Shown here: positions 1 through 10,389 of the stretch, one piece after another
Position numbering within the stretch: position 1 is the stretch's first letter
How the letters are laid out: each line of letters begins with the position of its first letter
Source of the DNA: Somniosus microcephalus
Taxonomy: Eukaryota
Assembly (NCBI GenBank): GCA_052327205.1
Contig: JBMRGM010000036.1
Span: 71,672,001 to 71,736,000 of the forward strand
Length of the DNA: 64,000 bases
Direction: 5' to 3'
Made by a program: the position numbers and the translations under genes
Notes under the pieces: generated by a model
What the model saw: only the letters and a program-made list of their open reading frames with translations
The model's database searches: none
What the model was told of the DNA's origin: nothing

Positions 1-580
1 TACGGGCCTTTGTGTGTGTTTATTGTGAGATACTTTTTAGAGGTCTCCTCAACCTCCATCTGTAGGTATGCCTGTGCCAAGTCAATTTTTGTGAAACGTT
101 TCCCTCCGGATAGTGAGGCGAAAATATCTTCTATCCTCGGAAGAGGATACTGTACCGTGTGAAGGACCGGGTTTACAGTCACCTTAAAGTCCCCACAGAT
201 GCGAATTTTTTTCTGTTCCTCAGAGTTATTTTTCAATGTTTTTTTCATGACTGGAACGATGGGTGTTGCCCATTCGCTCCAATCTATTTTGGATAATACG
301 CCTGCCTTTTCCAAATTCTTCAGCTCTGCCTCGACTGCCGGACGTATTGCGTATGGCACCGGTCTTGCCTTAAAAAATTTTGGAATTGCTGTATCTTCCA
401 CTTTTATTGAGGCGGTGATGCCTTTCAAGGTTCCTAGTTTCTCTTGAAACACTTCTTTGGCGTTGGCCAAGATGTCTTTTAATCGTTCAGGTATGATGTC
501 ATCATTGTTTTTTTCCTTACTGGTCACCGTCAGTGCCTGAATGGAGTGCCAGTCTAAACGTATCTTCCTTATCCATTCAC
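1..580 (-). pseudogene. Ty3/Gypsy pol fragment (post-protease linker and RT N-terminus) of a second element related to the one at 581-5544; runs off the window edge
   Basis: Minus-strand translation EWIRKIRLDWHSIQAL...KARPVPYAIRPAVEAEL...WATPIVPVMKK...KIRICGDFKVTVNP...YPLPRIEDIFASLSGGKRFTKIDLAQAYLQMEV...LTINTHKG, a diverged paralog of ORF 2054..3913. Confidence 0.92.
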
Positions 581-3500
581 CATAGCGCCTTTCCTGAGTG
601 TCTTGCTCTTGGTGCGGAGGCGATTCTGGCCCCCTGTCGTCGGTTGGTTCATCAGCTTCCGATGCTACTGTTTCTGGGGTAGATGCTACCTGTATATCGG
701 GTTCATCACCAGGTACGCGAGACATGTGGTTGACTCGTTCCTGTGACTCTAGGATCTCACAGAAATCACAGAAACCCCACAGTGCAGATAGAGGCCATTT
801 CGGCCCATCGAGCCTGCACCGACACATATCCCACCTGATCCCTGTAACCCCTACACCAACACATATCCCACCCTATCCCCGTAACCCCACGTATTTAATC
901 CCCCTAACACTAAGGGTCAATTTATCATAGCCAATCAACCTAACCCGCACATCTTTGGACTGTGGGAGGAAACCGGAGCACCCGGAGAAAACCCACGCAA
1001 ACACGGGGAGAATGTGCAAACTCCACACAGACAGTTGCCCGGGGCCGGATTCGAACCCGGGTCCCTGGTGCTGTGAGGCAACGTCTCACAATGTTCTCCC
1101 CAACATCCACTGTGTACATTAGTGGCCCCTGCTGTGTGCATATCGTTCCTGGTTGCCATTTCTCTGTTCGGTAGTCGCGGGCCAAGACTGGTTGCCCTAC
1201 ATTGAAGCTCCTTGTTGGCTTCTCATTGATGTGCTGGAATTGCTTATTCTCAACATCTCTTCGTACATTTGGTCTGAGCAAATCCATACGAGATCTCAAC
1301 TTTCGGTTAAAGAACATCATGGCCGGGGTCTGGTTGGTGACTGCATGTGTCGCATTTCTGTAGGCTAACAGGAAATTGTCCACCTTATGCTGCAGTGGAA
1401 TGTCGTCATCGCACATGGCCCTTACTGCTTTCTTAAAGGTTTGTACGAACCTCTCAGCCAATCCATTTGTGGCTGGATATACGGGGCGGATGTGTAATGC
1501 TTTACCCCATTCCTCTTCATAAATCTTCGAAACTCCTCGGACACAAACTGTGGTCCGTTATCAGAGCAAATCTGCTCTGGCAAGCCGTTCCTGGCAAATA
1601 TGGTCCGTAGGACTGCAATAGTTTTCTCCGTGGTGGTGGAGGACATTTTGATCACCTCAGGCCATTTCGAGTGCACATCCACGGCTATTAAAAACATTGA
1701 GTCCATGAATCAATATGCACCCGTTGCCATGGAGATGAGGGCCACTCCCATGGGTGTAGAGGGGCATGTGGTGGTGCATTTTGGACCTTCTGGCATCCTG
1801 AGCAGCTCTTTGTCAGGTCCTCGATTTGCTGATCGATCCCCGGCCACCACACATAAGCCCTAGCAAGGCTTTTCATTTTCACCCCTCCCAGATGGCCTTC
1901 GTGAAGCTCATTGAGCACTCTCTCCCTTAACTTGGGTGGAATTACCACTCGGGATCCACACATCAAGGTCCCCTGGCATACTGACAGCTGTTCTCTTCTG
2001 GATGAGAATGGACATTTTGATCACCTCAGGCCATTTCGAGTGCGCATCCACGGCTATTTAAAACATTGAGTCCATGAATGGACCAGCAAAAGAAACAGTG
2101 AGTCGCCATGTGTTGGCCATCCCTTCACCGTCAAGTCATATACCCGAGACAGTGTCGGGTCATTTCGGGTCTCCTTCTCTATATCAGCATTAGTTACAGG
2201 CAAGCATTCAATTATAGTCGAATAAAATATTTCGACAGGGTCCACTGCTGGTGCTTCCTCTGCAGTAGGCAGTGGCAGGCGTGATAGCCCATCAGACTTT
2301 CCATGCTGTTTCGTGCCCTTATACTCGATTTCATATTGGTTCGCCCCTAGAAAAAGGGACCATCTTTGTAGCCGTTGCGCAGTCATCACTGGAATGCCCT
2401 TCTTTGGATTAAAGATGGAGACAAGTGGTTGGTGGTCAGTCAGCAAGGTGAACTTCTGCCCGTGCAGATAGTGGTTGAACTTTTTCACTCCCCACACTAG
2501 GCTGAGGGCCTCCCTGTCAATCTGGGCGTAGTTACGCTCGGCTGAGGTTAGTGATCGTGACGCAAAGGCTATTGGCCTCTCTGAGCCATCCGAGAATTCG
2601 TCATTCCACTTCCATGGTACCCCCGTTTGCAGTAGGGTGTTCAGTGGGTGTAGTACGGTAGACAAATTTGGCAAGAACTTATGGTAGTAGTTCACCAGCC
2701 CGAGGAACGACCTCAGTTGTGACACATTTTCCGGTGCTGGAGCCTTGACTACTGCCTCAATCTTTTCAGGGGACTTATGTAACCCCTCTTCATCAATAAC
2801 ATGGCCACAATACGAGTTCTGCTTCTGGAAAAACTTGCATTTGTGGCGATTAGCTCGGAGCCCATATTCCTTCAATCTAGTGAGCACCTGCTCCAGGTTG
2901 GCGAGGTGATCACTGTCATTTTCGCCCGTGACCAGGATGTCATCCAAATAACACTGGGTCCTTGGAATCCCTTGCAGGACTTGATCCATTGCCCTTTGCC
3001 AAATAGCCGGAGCTGATGCTACCCCGAACACCAGCCGGTTGTATTGGTAGAGACCTTTATGAGTGTTGATCGTGAGGTACTGTTTCGAGGCTTCTTCTAC
3101 CTCCATTTGCAGGTACGCCTGGGCCAGATCAATCTTAGTGAAGCGTTTCCCTCCAGATAGCGAGGCGAAAATATCTTCAATCCGCGGAAGCGGATATTGT
3201 ACTGCGTGAAGGACTGGGTTCACTGTCACCTTAAAGTCCCCACAGATGCGAACCTTCTTTGGTTCCCCAGGCGTATTACTCAATGACCTCTTCATTACAG
3301 GAACGATGGGTGTAGCCCACTCGCTCCAGTCCACTTTGGACAGTACTCCTGAACGTTCCAAACCTTCCAGCTCTGCTTCGACGGCTGGGCGGATCGCATA
3401 AGGCACCGGTCTGGCCTTAAAAAACTTTGGGCTTGCATTTTCCTCTATTTTGATCATCGCTGTTATGCCTTTTAGTGTTCCGAGTTCCTCCTGGAACACT

Positions 3501-3913
3501 TCTTGTGCGTCAGTTAGCATTTTTGACAGTCGTCCAGGTGTGACGTCGTCATCCTTTTTGGCATCTACAGTCAGTGCTTGTATGGAATGCCAATCTAGCT
3601 GTATCTTCCGGATCCATTCACGTCCTAGTAGTGGTGGTCCTCCCTCTGGCAATACATATAGGTCCATTTTTGGTGTTTCCTTGCCGTTATATATAACGTT
3701 CACCCTTAATTTTCCTTTGGGGTTGACTTTTTGCCCCGTGTACGTCTTCAAGACGATCTCTGTATCTCTCAAGGGTATATGTGAGAATAGCTGCTTGTAG
3801 TCCCTTCGGTTTATGACTGTTAGGGCTGATCCTGTGTCCAATTCCATTTTCACTTGGACTCCGGCTATCTTGAGCGTGACCCAGATAGTTTGGTGATCCT
3901 CCGTTTTGATCAC
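581..3913 (-). pseudogene. pol: pol of element A (protease, RT, partial RNase H, integrase), disrupted
   Basis: ELDTGSA protease, YLDD RT, ERPIAFASRSL/LLTDHQPL RNase H, LHEGHLG..CSGC, SDNG and AERFV integrase motifs across ORFs 2054..3913, 1688..1966, 1422..1706, 940..1461; frameshifts, deletions and a SINE insertion. Confidence 0.93.
755..1080 (-). mobile_element. HE1-like V-SINE, 5'-truncated, inserted in the integrase C-terminal region
   Basis: Minus strand tgcctcacagcaccagggacccgggttcgaatcc (B box), V-domain gtggagtttgcacattctccccgtg...ggtttcctcccacagtccaaagatgtg, CR1-type tail gatgggccgaaatggcct ending in repeated tttctgtga. Confidence 0.88.
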
Positions 3914-3924
3914 ATTATGTAGTT

Positions 3925-4728
3925 TCAGACAACCCAGCTCCTTCCTACGGAGTCTGTATCCCTTTTCTGTTCGTCTGAACTACTCTCCATCACCTTATGT
4001 ACCTTCTTGTACTTCTCCTGTGGAGATTTCTTGCTGCTGGTTTTCTTTTCCGACCTGCAGACTCTTGCTATGTGTCCTACTTTTCCACACTGTCTGCACA
4101 CTTGGTCCTTGAACCAGCAATCCTTATGGTCGTGTGTTGTTCTGCCGCAGCGATAGCACTTCACTGTTCCGTATGCCATTTCATTTGTGCCATATTCTTG
4201 CGGTCTCCGTTGTATCTCAGCCGTGCCCCGTGCTGCTGCTTCGTGTGATACTGCCATGCTGAAAGCCTTGTCCAGCCTAAGATCCTTTTCTGATAGAAGC
4301 CGTTTCTGGGTTTCTTCACTTTGAAGCCCACACACAAACTTGCCCCTTAAAGTATCTGCTAGTCCCGTTCCAAACTGGCAGTGTTTCGATAGCTTGCGCA
4401 GTTCCGTTAAATACTCAGCATTACTTTCGTCTTTATGCTGGTTCCTTTTGTGGAACTTAAATCTTTCTGCTATCAGCAGCGGTGTGGGGTTTAAGTGGTC
4501 CTGTAGGATTGCCACTATGCTTTCAAAATCCTTTTCCACTGGCTTCTCTAGGGTTACTAGGTTTCGCAGTAAGCCATACGTTTTTGCACCCATGGAATTC
4601 AACAATACCAGTGCTTTCCTGGCATCTGGCACTTCATTCGCCTTGCAGTACACTTCTATGCGTTCCACATATGTCGCCCAATCTTCGACTTCATTGTCGA
4701 ACGCTGTGACACTGCCACTCTTCGGCAT
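3925..4728 (-). CDS. gag: gag of element A (267 aa, two CCHC zinc knuckles)
   Basis: EDWATYVERIE, IAERFKFHKRNQ, CYRCGRTTHDHKDC and CRQCGKVGHIARVC; one frameshift near 3945 separates it from pol (the alternative frame reads ELGCLKLHNVIKTED). Confidence 0.9.
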   Translation of the reverse strand: MPKSGSVTAFDNEVEDWATYVERIEVYCKANEVPDARKALVLLNSMGAKTYGLLRNLVTLEKPVEKDFESIVAILQDHLNPTPLLIAERFKFHKRNQHKDESNAEYLTELRKLSKHCQFGTGLADTLRGKFVCGLQSEETQKRLLSEKDLRLDKAFSMAVSHEAAARGTAEIQRRPQEYGTNEMAYGTVKCYRCGRTTHDHKDCWFKDQVCRQCGKVGHIARVCRSEKKTSSKKSPQEKYKKVHKVMESSSDEQKRDTDSVGRSWVV

Positions 4729-4747
4729 CCCTGGGTGTGGTTAGACT

Positions 4748-5075
4748 GGCTAAAAATGGAGTCTCCCGCGCTCTCCCTTCTTCTCCGCTGGCTCAAAATG
4801 GCGTCTCCCGCGCTCTCCCTTCTTCTCCGCTGCGGCTAAAAAAAAAAATGGCGTCTCCCTTCTTCTCCGCAGATGCTGCTCGGCCCTTGAACACTGGCTG
4901 CGCTCTGCGCATTTTCCTGCGCGCCTCTCTCGTTGACGCCGCTCGGTCCTGAACCCCGGCTGCGCCCTGTGCGCTTTACCCTCTCTCGTTGACGCCGCTC
5001 GGTCTTCAACCCCGGCTGCGCCCTGTGCGCTTCACCCTCTCTCTTACCCCGTCGACGCTGCTCGGCCTTTTTCTG
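4748..5075. repeat. Two short tandem-repeat blocks in the 5' leader of element A (about 42-47 bp x3 and about 57 bp x3)
   Basis: ggctaaaaatggagtctcccgcgctctcccttcttctccgct repeated; ctctctcgttgacgccgctcggtc..aaccccggctgcgccctgtgcgctt repeated. Confidence 0.8.
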
Positions 5076-5319
5076 TGCCGTCGGTCGGCTCCAGCCGCCG
5101 CTGTCCGGGAAGGGTCTGCGCCGTACCTGCTGCCAGCCCGCTGCGCTGGATCGTCGCGACTGGAGAACCAAGCCCAGCTCTCCACAGCCTCCTCTGCGAT
5201 GTTCAAGTCCTCTCTGGATGGTCAACGCCCGCACTTCTGGACTCGGCCTTCCCCTTTCACTGCTCTCCAGGAGCGAATCCCTGGGAGGTGATGCAGAGTT
5301 GCAGGTAGGTTTGAATCCA

Positions 5320-5329
5320 CTCGTCGCCA
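5320..5329 (-). promoter_or_regulatory. Primer-binding site TGGCGACGAG (tRNA-Ser type)
   Basis: Reverse complement of ctcgtcgcca; about 19 nt downstream of the LTR. Confidence 0.75.
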
Positions 5330-5348
5330 ATTTTAAATCCGTGAATCT

Positions 5349-5544
5349 TGATGTATCGTGTCCTCCAATAAATAGACAGAGACTGCAGAGGAACAATCAA
5401 CAGGTGTTTACTGGATGAGGGTTACTCTAAACTAACAGTACAGATCCCTTCTCAGGGTTTATATACAGGTGTGGTCACTGCCGGTACTACAGTATACAGG
5501 AGCTGTCAAAAAGTAGTTCTCCCCTTAAAGGTACATACACTACA
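5349..5544 (-). repeat. 5' LTR of element A (~196 bp)
   Basis: Minus-strand termini TGTAGTGTAT...ATACATCA, TATATAAA box; homologous to the solo LTR at 57824-58045. Confidence 0.8.
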
Positions 5545-5792
5545 GACACAATCTCTCCTCATACGACAGCCCTGCCAACCCAGGAATCAGTCTGGTGAAC
5601 CTTCACTGCACTCCCTCTATGGCAAGTATATCCTTTCTTAGGTAAGGAGACCAAAACTGCACACACTACTCCAGGTGTGGTCTCACCAAGGCCCTGTATA
5701 ACTGTAGTAAGGCATCCATGCTCTTGTACTCAAATCTTCTTGCAATGAAGGCCAACATACCATTTGCCTTCCTAACAGCTTGCTGCACCTGC
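5545..5792 (-). mobile_element. CR1 LINE ORF2 fragment (host of element A)
   Basis: MQVQQAVRKANGMLAFIARRFEYKS...LYRALVRPHLE...GLSYEERL. Confidence 0.9.
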
Positions 5793-6297
5793 ATAGTCGG
5801 AGGGGCAGTACTGAGGGAGTGCTGCACTGTCGGAGGGGCAGTATTGAGGGAGCGTCGCGCTGTCGGAGGGGCAGTAATGAGGGAGTGTCGCACTGTCGGA
5901 GGGGCAGTACTGAGGGAGTGCTGCACTGTCGGAGGGGCAGTACCAAAGGAGTGCTGCACTGTCATAAGGGCAGTACTGAGGGAGCGCTGCATTGTCGGGG
6001 GGCAGTACTGAGGGAGCGCAGCACTGTCGGAGGGGCAGTACTGAGGGAGTGCCGCACTGTCGAAGGGGCAGTACTGAGGGAGCACCGCACTGTCGGAGGG
6101 GCAGTACTGAGGGAGTGCCGCACTCAGAGGGTCAGTACTGAGGGAGTGCTGCACTGTCGGAGGGTCAGTACTGAGGGAGCGTCGCACTGTCGGAGGGGCA
6201 GTATTGAGGGAGTGCCGCACTGTCGGAGGGGCAGTACTGAGGGAGTGCTGCAATGTTGGGCGGGTCAGTATTGAGGGATCGCCGCACTGTCGGAGGG
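5793..6297 (+). repeat. 33-bp SINE-derived minisatellite, ~15 copies
   Basis: Unit gcagtactgagggagygcygcactgtcggaggg. Confidence 0.95.
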
Positions 6298-6592
6298 ACT
6301 GTCTTACGGATGAGATATTAAACCAAGGCCCCTGTCTGCTCTATCGGGTGGACGTAACAGATCCCTGGTGTCCTGGCCAATATTTATCCCGCAATCAACG
6401 TCACTAAAAACAGATGATCTGGTCATTATCACATTGCTGTTTGTGGGAGCTTGCTGTGCGCAAATTGGCTGACACGTTTCCTACATTACAACAGTGACCA
6501 CACTTCAAAAAAAATACTTAATTGGCTGTAAAGCGCTTTGGGACATCCTGAGGTTGTGAAAGGCGCTATAGAAATGCAAGTCTTTCTTTCTT
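5793..6592 (+). mobile_element. SacSINE1-like DeuSINE, head missing, with internal 33-bp array
   Basis: ggatgagatattaaacc, tgtcctggccaatatttatcc, tgtgggagcttgctgtgcgcaaattggct, tail aaaggcgctatagaaatgcaagtctttctttc. Confidence 0.85.
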
Positions 6593-6930
6593 TGTATCTC
6601 AACAACAGCCCTACTTTGGTTTGACACATCACATCCTTGCTTCTGAAATCTCATGCCTGCTCATTCACAGCCTCGTAAACAAGCAACGGTCACCTCGAGT
6701 GATCAAAACCTGCACTGCACGATTCTACTGACTGCAGTCTGTTTCAAGATGTGTCAAGATAACCCTTCAGTGCCTTCCCGAGTTGGGAGAAATTCCGTGT
6801 TTTGCCCGCGTGTGAAGTGACCGGCTTGGCAGCAACTTGCTGCTCAGGGTCACGGATGTTGGCTGAAGCGCGTGATTGAATCTCAGAGTTTAGCGAACTC
6901 TCCTAAACGGCTGGAGTTGCATTGTATTGA

Positions 6931-7592
6931 ACCTTGGTTCGACCACACTTGGAGCACTGTGCACAGTTCTGGTTGCCATATACCTTGGTTAGACCACACT
7001 TGGAGCACTGTGTACAGTTCTGGTTGCCATATACCTTGGTTAGACCACACTTGGAGCACTGTGTACAGTTCTGGTTGCCACATACCATGGTTCGACCACA
7101 CTTGGAGCACTGTGCACAGTTCTGGTTGCCACATACCATGGTTAGACCACACTTGGAGCACTGTGCACAGTTCTGGTTGCCACATACCATGGTTAGACCA
7201 CACTTGGAGCACTGTGCACAGTTCTGGTTGCCATATACCTTGGTTAGACCACACTTGGAGCACTGTGCACAGTTCTGGTCTCCGTATACCTTGGTTAGAC
7301 CACACTTGGAGCACTGTGCACAGTTCTGGTTGCCATATACCTTGGTTAGACCACACTTGGAGCACTGTGCACAGTTCTGGTTGCCACATACCATGGTTAG
7401 ACCACACTTGGAGCACTGTGCACAGTTCTGGTTGCCACATACCATGGTTAGACCACACTTGGAGCACTGTGCACAGTTCTGGTTGCCACATACCTTGGTT
7501 AGACCACACTTGGAGCACTGTGCACAGTTCTGGTCTCCGTATACCTTGGTTAGACCACACTTGGAGCACTGTGCACAGTTCTGGTCGCCATA
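6931..7592 (+). repeat. 51-bp CR1-derived tandem array, ~13 copies
   Basis: Unit accttggttagaccacacttggagcactgtgcacagttctggttgccatat. Confidence 0.95.
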
Positions 7593-7759
7593 TTATAAAA
7601 AGGATACCGAGGCACTAAAGAGCGTGCAAAAAGATTTACAAGGATGATACCAGAAATGCGAGGGTATACCTATCAGGAAAGGATGAACAGGCTGGGTCTC
7701 TTTTCTCTTGAAAACGGAAGGCTGAAGGGTGACCTAATAGAGGTCTTTAAAATTATGAA

Positions 7760-8201
7760 AGAAAGACAGTCTTGCATTTCTACAACGCCTTTCACGACCA
7801 CCGGACGTCTCAAAACGTTTTACAACCAATGAAGCACTTTTGAAGTTTAGTCACTGTTGTAATGTGGGAAACGCAGCAGCCAATTTGTGCACAGCAAGCC
7901 CCCACAAACAGCAATGTGATAATGACCGGATCATTTGTTTTAGGGATGTTGATTGAGGGATAAATATTGCCCAGGACCCCGGGAAGAACTCCCCCTGCTC
8001 TTCTTCAAAATAGTGGCCGTGGGATCATTTACATCCACCTGAGAGAGCAGACGGGACCTCAGTTTATCCGAAGGATAAGTGCAGTGCTTCCTCAGCACTG
8101 TACTGGAGTGTCAGCCTGGATTTATGTGCTCAAGTCCCTGGAGTGGGATTTTAACCCATAGCCCTTTTACATCAGAGGCGAGTGTGCTACCCACTGAGCC
8201 G
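7760..8201 (-). mobile_element. SacSINE1-like DeuSINE inserted in CR1
   Basis: Head gcggctcagtgggtagcac on minus, Deu core and tail; gaaag repeated at both junctions. Confidence 0.85.
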
Positions 8202-9312
8202 CGAAAGGTTTTGATAGAGTGGATACAAAGAGAACATTTCCACTTGTGGGGAAGAGCAAAAGTAGAGGCCATCAATATAAGAGAGTCACTAATAAATCCA
8301 ATGGGTAATTCAGAAGAAACTTCTTTGCCCAGAGAGTGGTGAGAATGTGGAACTCGCTACCACAGGGAGTGGTTGAGGCGAATAGTATAGATGTGTTTAA
8401 GGGGAAGCTAGACAAGTATCTGAGGGAGAAGGGAATAGAGGGTTATGCTGATAGATTTAGATGAGGAAAGACGGGAGGAGGCTTGTGTGGAGCATAAATG
8501 CCGGCATGGACTGGTTGGGCCGAATGGCCTGTTTCTGTGCCATGTATCCTGTGTAATCCTATGCATTCTCACAGGTTAGAATGTCACAGGAGCCCTGGAT
8601 TGAATTATAACCGTGTAAATCGCTGCGCAGTTCAAGGGTATTCGGCAGGTAACCTGCACAGAACTAGACATTTCTGGTTTATAAACGTTCGTCTCTCACA
8701 CAGATTGTTTTATGTCTTGACTTTGGAGGGCATTGTTCCCCAAAATTGGCATGCGTGATAAGTTATACCCAGCGGTGAGAGCAGGGAAGCAGTTTAATAA
8801 ATCTGTCGACTGCGGGCTTCCCATGGGCTGCAAACAGCCACAAATCCTGAGCCGATTCTCTCCGCACTCGCTGATAGAATTCATGTTCCGATCGCTGAAA
8901 CCCAGCCTGCAGCCCTCGCTGCCAATCTCCAAAGACAGTCCCGGAATTAAACAGCCCCTTCACCAGGCGCCCCCAGGATAGGATTTGTACCAAATTATCA
9001 GCAGCTCAGAGGAATAAAGTTTAACTAAATGGTGAGCTCGCGGGTTACCTTGATTCCGCAGTTTGTTCCTGGCTCTGTTACCAAAGCGGGCAGTTATTAA
9101 CTGTGAGCCTCACTGCTCCGCCTAGCTAACACACTGTATCTAATCAGAAAGGCTTGAAAGACTTGCATTTATACAGATCCTTTCATGACCGCTGGTCCCA
9201 ACGCGCTTTACAGCCAAATGCAGTCACCGTTGTAATGTAGGAAACGCGGCAGCCAATTTGCGCACAGCAAGCTCCCACAAGCAGCAATGTGATAAATGAC
9301 CAGATCATCTGT

Positions 9313-9718
9313 TTAAAAACAGAAAATGCTGGAGATACTCCGCAGGTCAGGCAGCACCTGTGGCGAGAGAAACAGAGTTAACGTTTCGGGTCGATGGCCC
9401 TTCGTCAGAGCTGGGAAAAGCTGGAGATGGAACAGGTTTTTAAGCAAGTGCAGGGGCGGGGAGGAACAAAAGGGAAGGTCTGTGGTAGGGTGGAAGGCAG
9501 GAGAGATTAAGAGGTAAAAGGGATGATGGTAATGGGACAAGTTAAGAAACAAAAGACGGCTCTAGATGAGGTGTAAATGGCACTGGCAGCGTGAAAGACA
9601 GCTGCCATGTGAGAAAAAAAAAAATAAATGGGAAAAAAAGGATAGGGGCAGAGGTTATGGTCTGAAATTGTTGAACTCGATGTTGCGTCCAGAAGGCTGT
9701 AAAGTGCCGAATCGAAAG
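9313..9718 (-). mobile_element. Penelope-like element 3' fragment
   Basis: Colinear with 36280-36745, including the end of the GIY-YIG ORF (LQPSGRNIEFNNFR) and the hammerhead motif. Confidence 0.88.
9376..9412 (-). ncRNA. Minimal type I hammerhead ribozyme motif (core intact, helix mismatches)
   Basis: AGCT-CTGACGA-AGGGCCATCGACCC-GAAA-CG-TT-AACT. Confidence 0.65.
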
Positions 9719-10079
9719 ATTATCTGCTTTATTGGTTGAGGGATAAATATTGGGCCAAGACACCGGGGAGAACTCCCCTGCTCTTCTTCCAATAGTGACT
9801 GTGGGATCTTTTACATCCACCCGAGAGGGCAGACGGGGCCTCGGTTTAATGTCTCATCCAAAAGACGGCACCTCCGACAGGGCAGCGCTCCCTCCGTGCT
9901 GCATTGGGAGTGTCGGCCTGGGTTTTGGTGCTCATGTCTCTGGAGTGGGGCTGAAACCTCCGACCTCCTGATTCAGAGAGGCGAGAGAGAGAGTGCTACC
10001 CACTGAGTCACGGCTGACACTGTCAGTCTCACTCTCCAGGTCTCTAACACACTGCATCTTATTCATTCCCAGCACACGG

Positions 10080-10200
10080 GCATCACTGGGACTGCCAGCA
10101 TTTATTGCCCATCCCTACTTGCCCTGAGTGGCGTGCTGGGCCACTTCAGAGGGCAGTTAAGAGTGAACCATGTCGCGGTGGGACTGGAGTCACATATATC
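10080..10200 (-). mobile_element. Deleted fragment of the CR1/Zenon-like LINE family
   Basis: ccagcatttattgcccatccct tail shared with 12503-12910. Confidence 0.55.
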
Positions 10201-10389
10201 GGGGAAGACACGTTGGCCATTTAGCCCATCCAATCAGCCCTCCCTCTTACCATTAAATCTGTTCCCAAATGGGAAGCTATTGGAAGGTTATAACCTTCTT
10301 GGCATCCGATTGGATGTGAACCTGGTTGTGACATCACTGGTCACACAACTGACAGCTACAAGCATGCCCTGTGCAATGTGTTTCAGTTC

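Larger units (their letters stand above)
581..5544 (-). mobile_element. Ty3/Gypsy LTR retrotransposon (Mag-like), decayed; 5' LTR present, 3' end truncated (element A)
   Basis: Order LTR-PBS-gag(2x CCHC)-PR-RT-RH-IN on the minus strand; inserted in a CR1 LINE, flank gacac at 5545-5549. Confidence 0.93.
6925..8560 (+). mobile_element. CR1 LINE 3' portion with internal 51-bp array and a SINE insertion
   Basis: LVRPHLEHCAQFWSPYYKKD, YQERMNRLGLFSLE, tgtggaactcgctacc (WNSLP), tail ttgggccgaatggcctgtttctgtg. Confidence 0.9.
9158..10019 (-). mobile_element. SacSINE1-like DeuSINE split by a Penelope fragment
   Basis: Head gtcagccgtgactcagtgggtagcac near 10018, tail near 9160; agatcatctg/agattatctg flank the insert. 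Confidence 0.85.

Noticed and set aside
755-1090. tctcaca as TSD of the HE1-like SINE
   Set aside because: The left copy overlaps the SINE's own tttctgtga tail, and the integrase frame suggests a small target deletion instead
4737-5418. ORFs in the leader of element A as an extra gene
   Set aside because: GC-rich low-complexity leader with tandem repeats; no recognisable domain and the frame runs in from the LTR
6931-7592. CRISPR-like regular repeats (also the 33- and 36-bp arrays)
   Set aside because: Head-to-tail tandem units with no unique spacers, no cas genes, eukaryotic context
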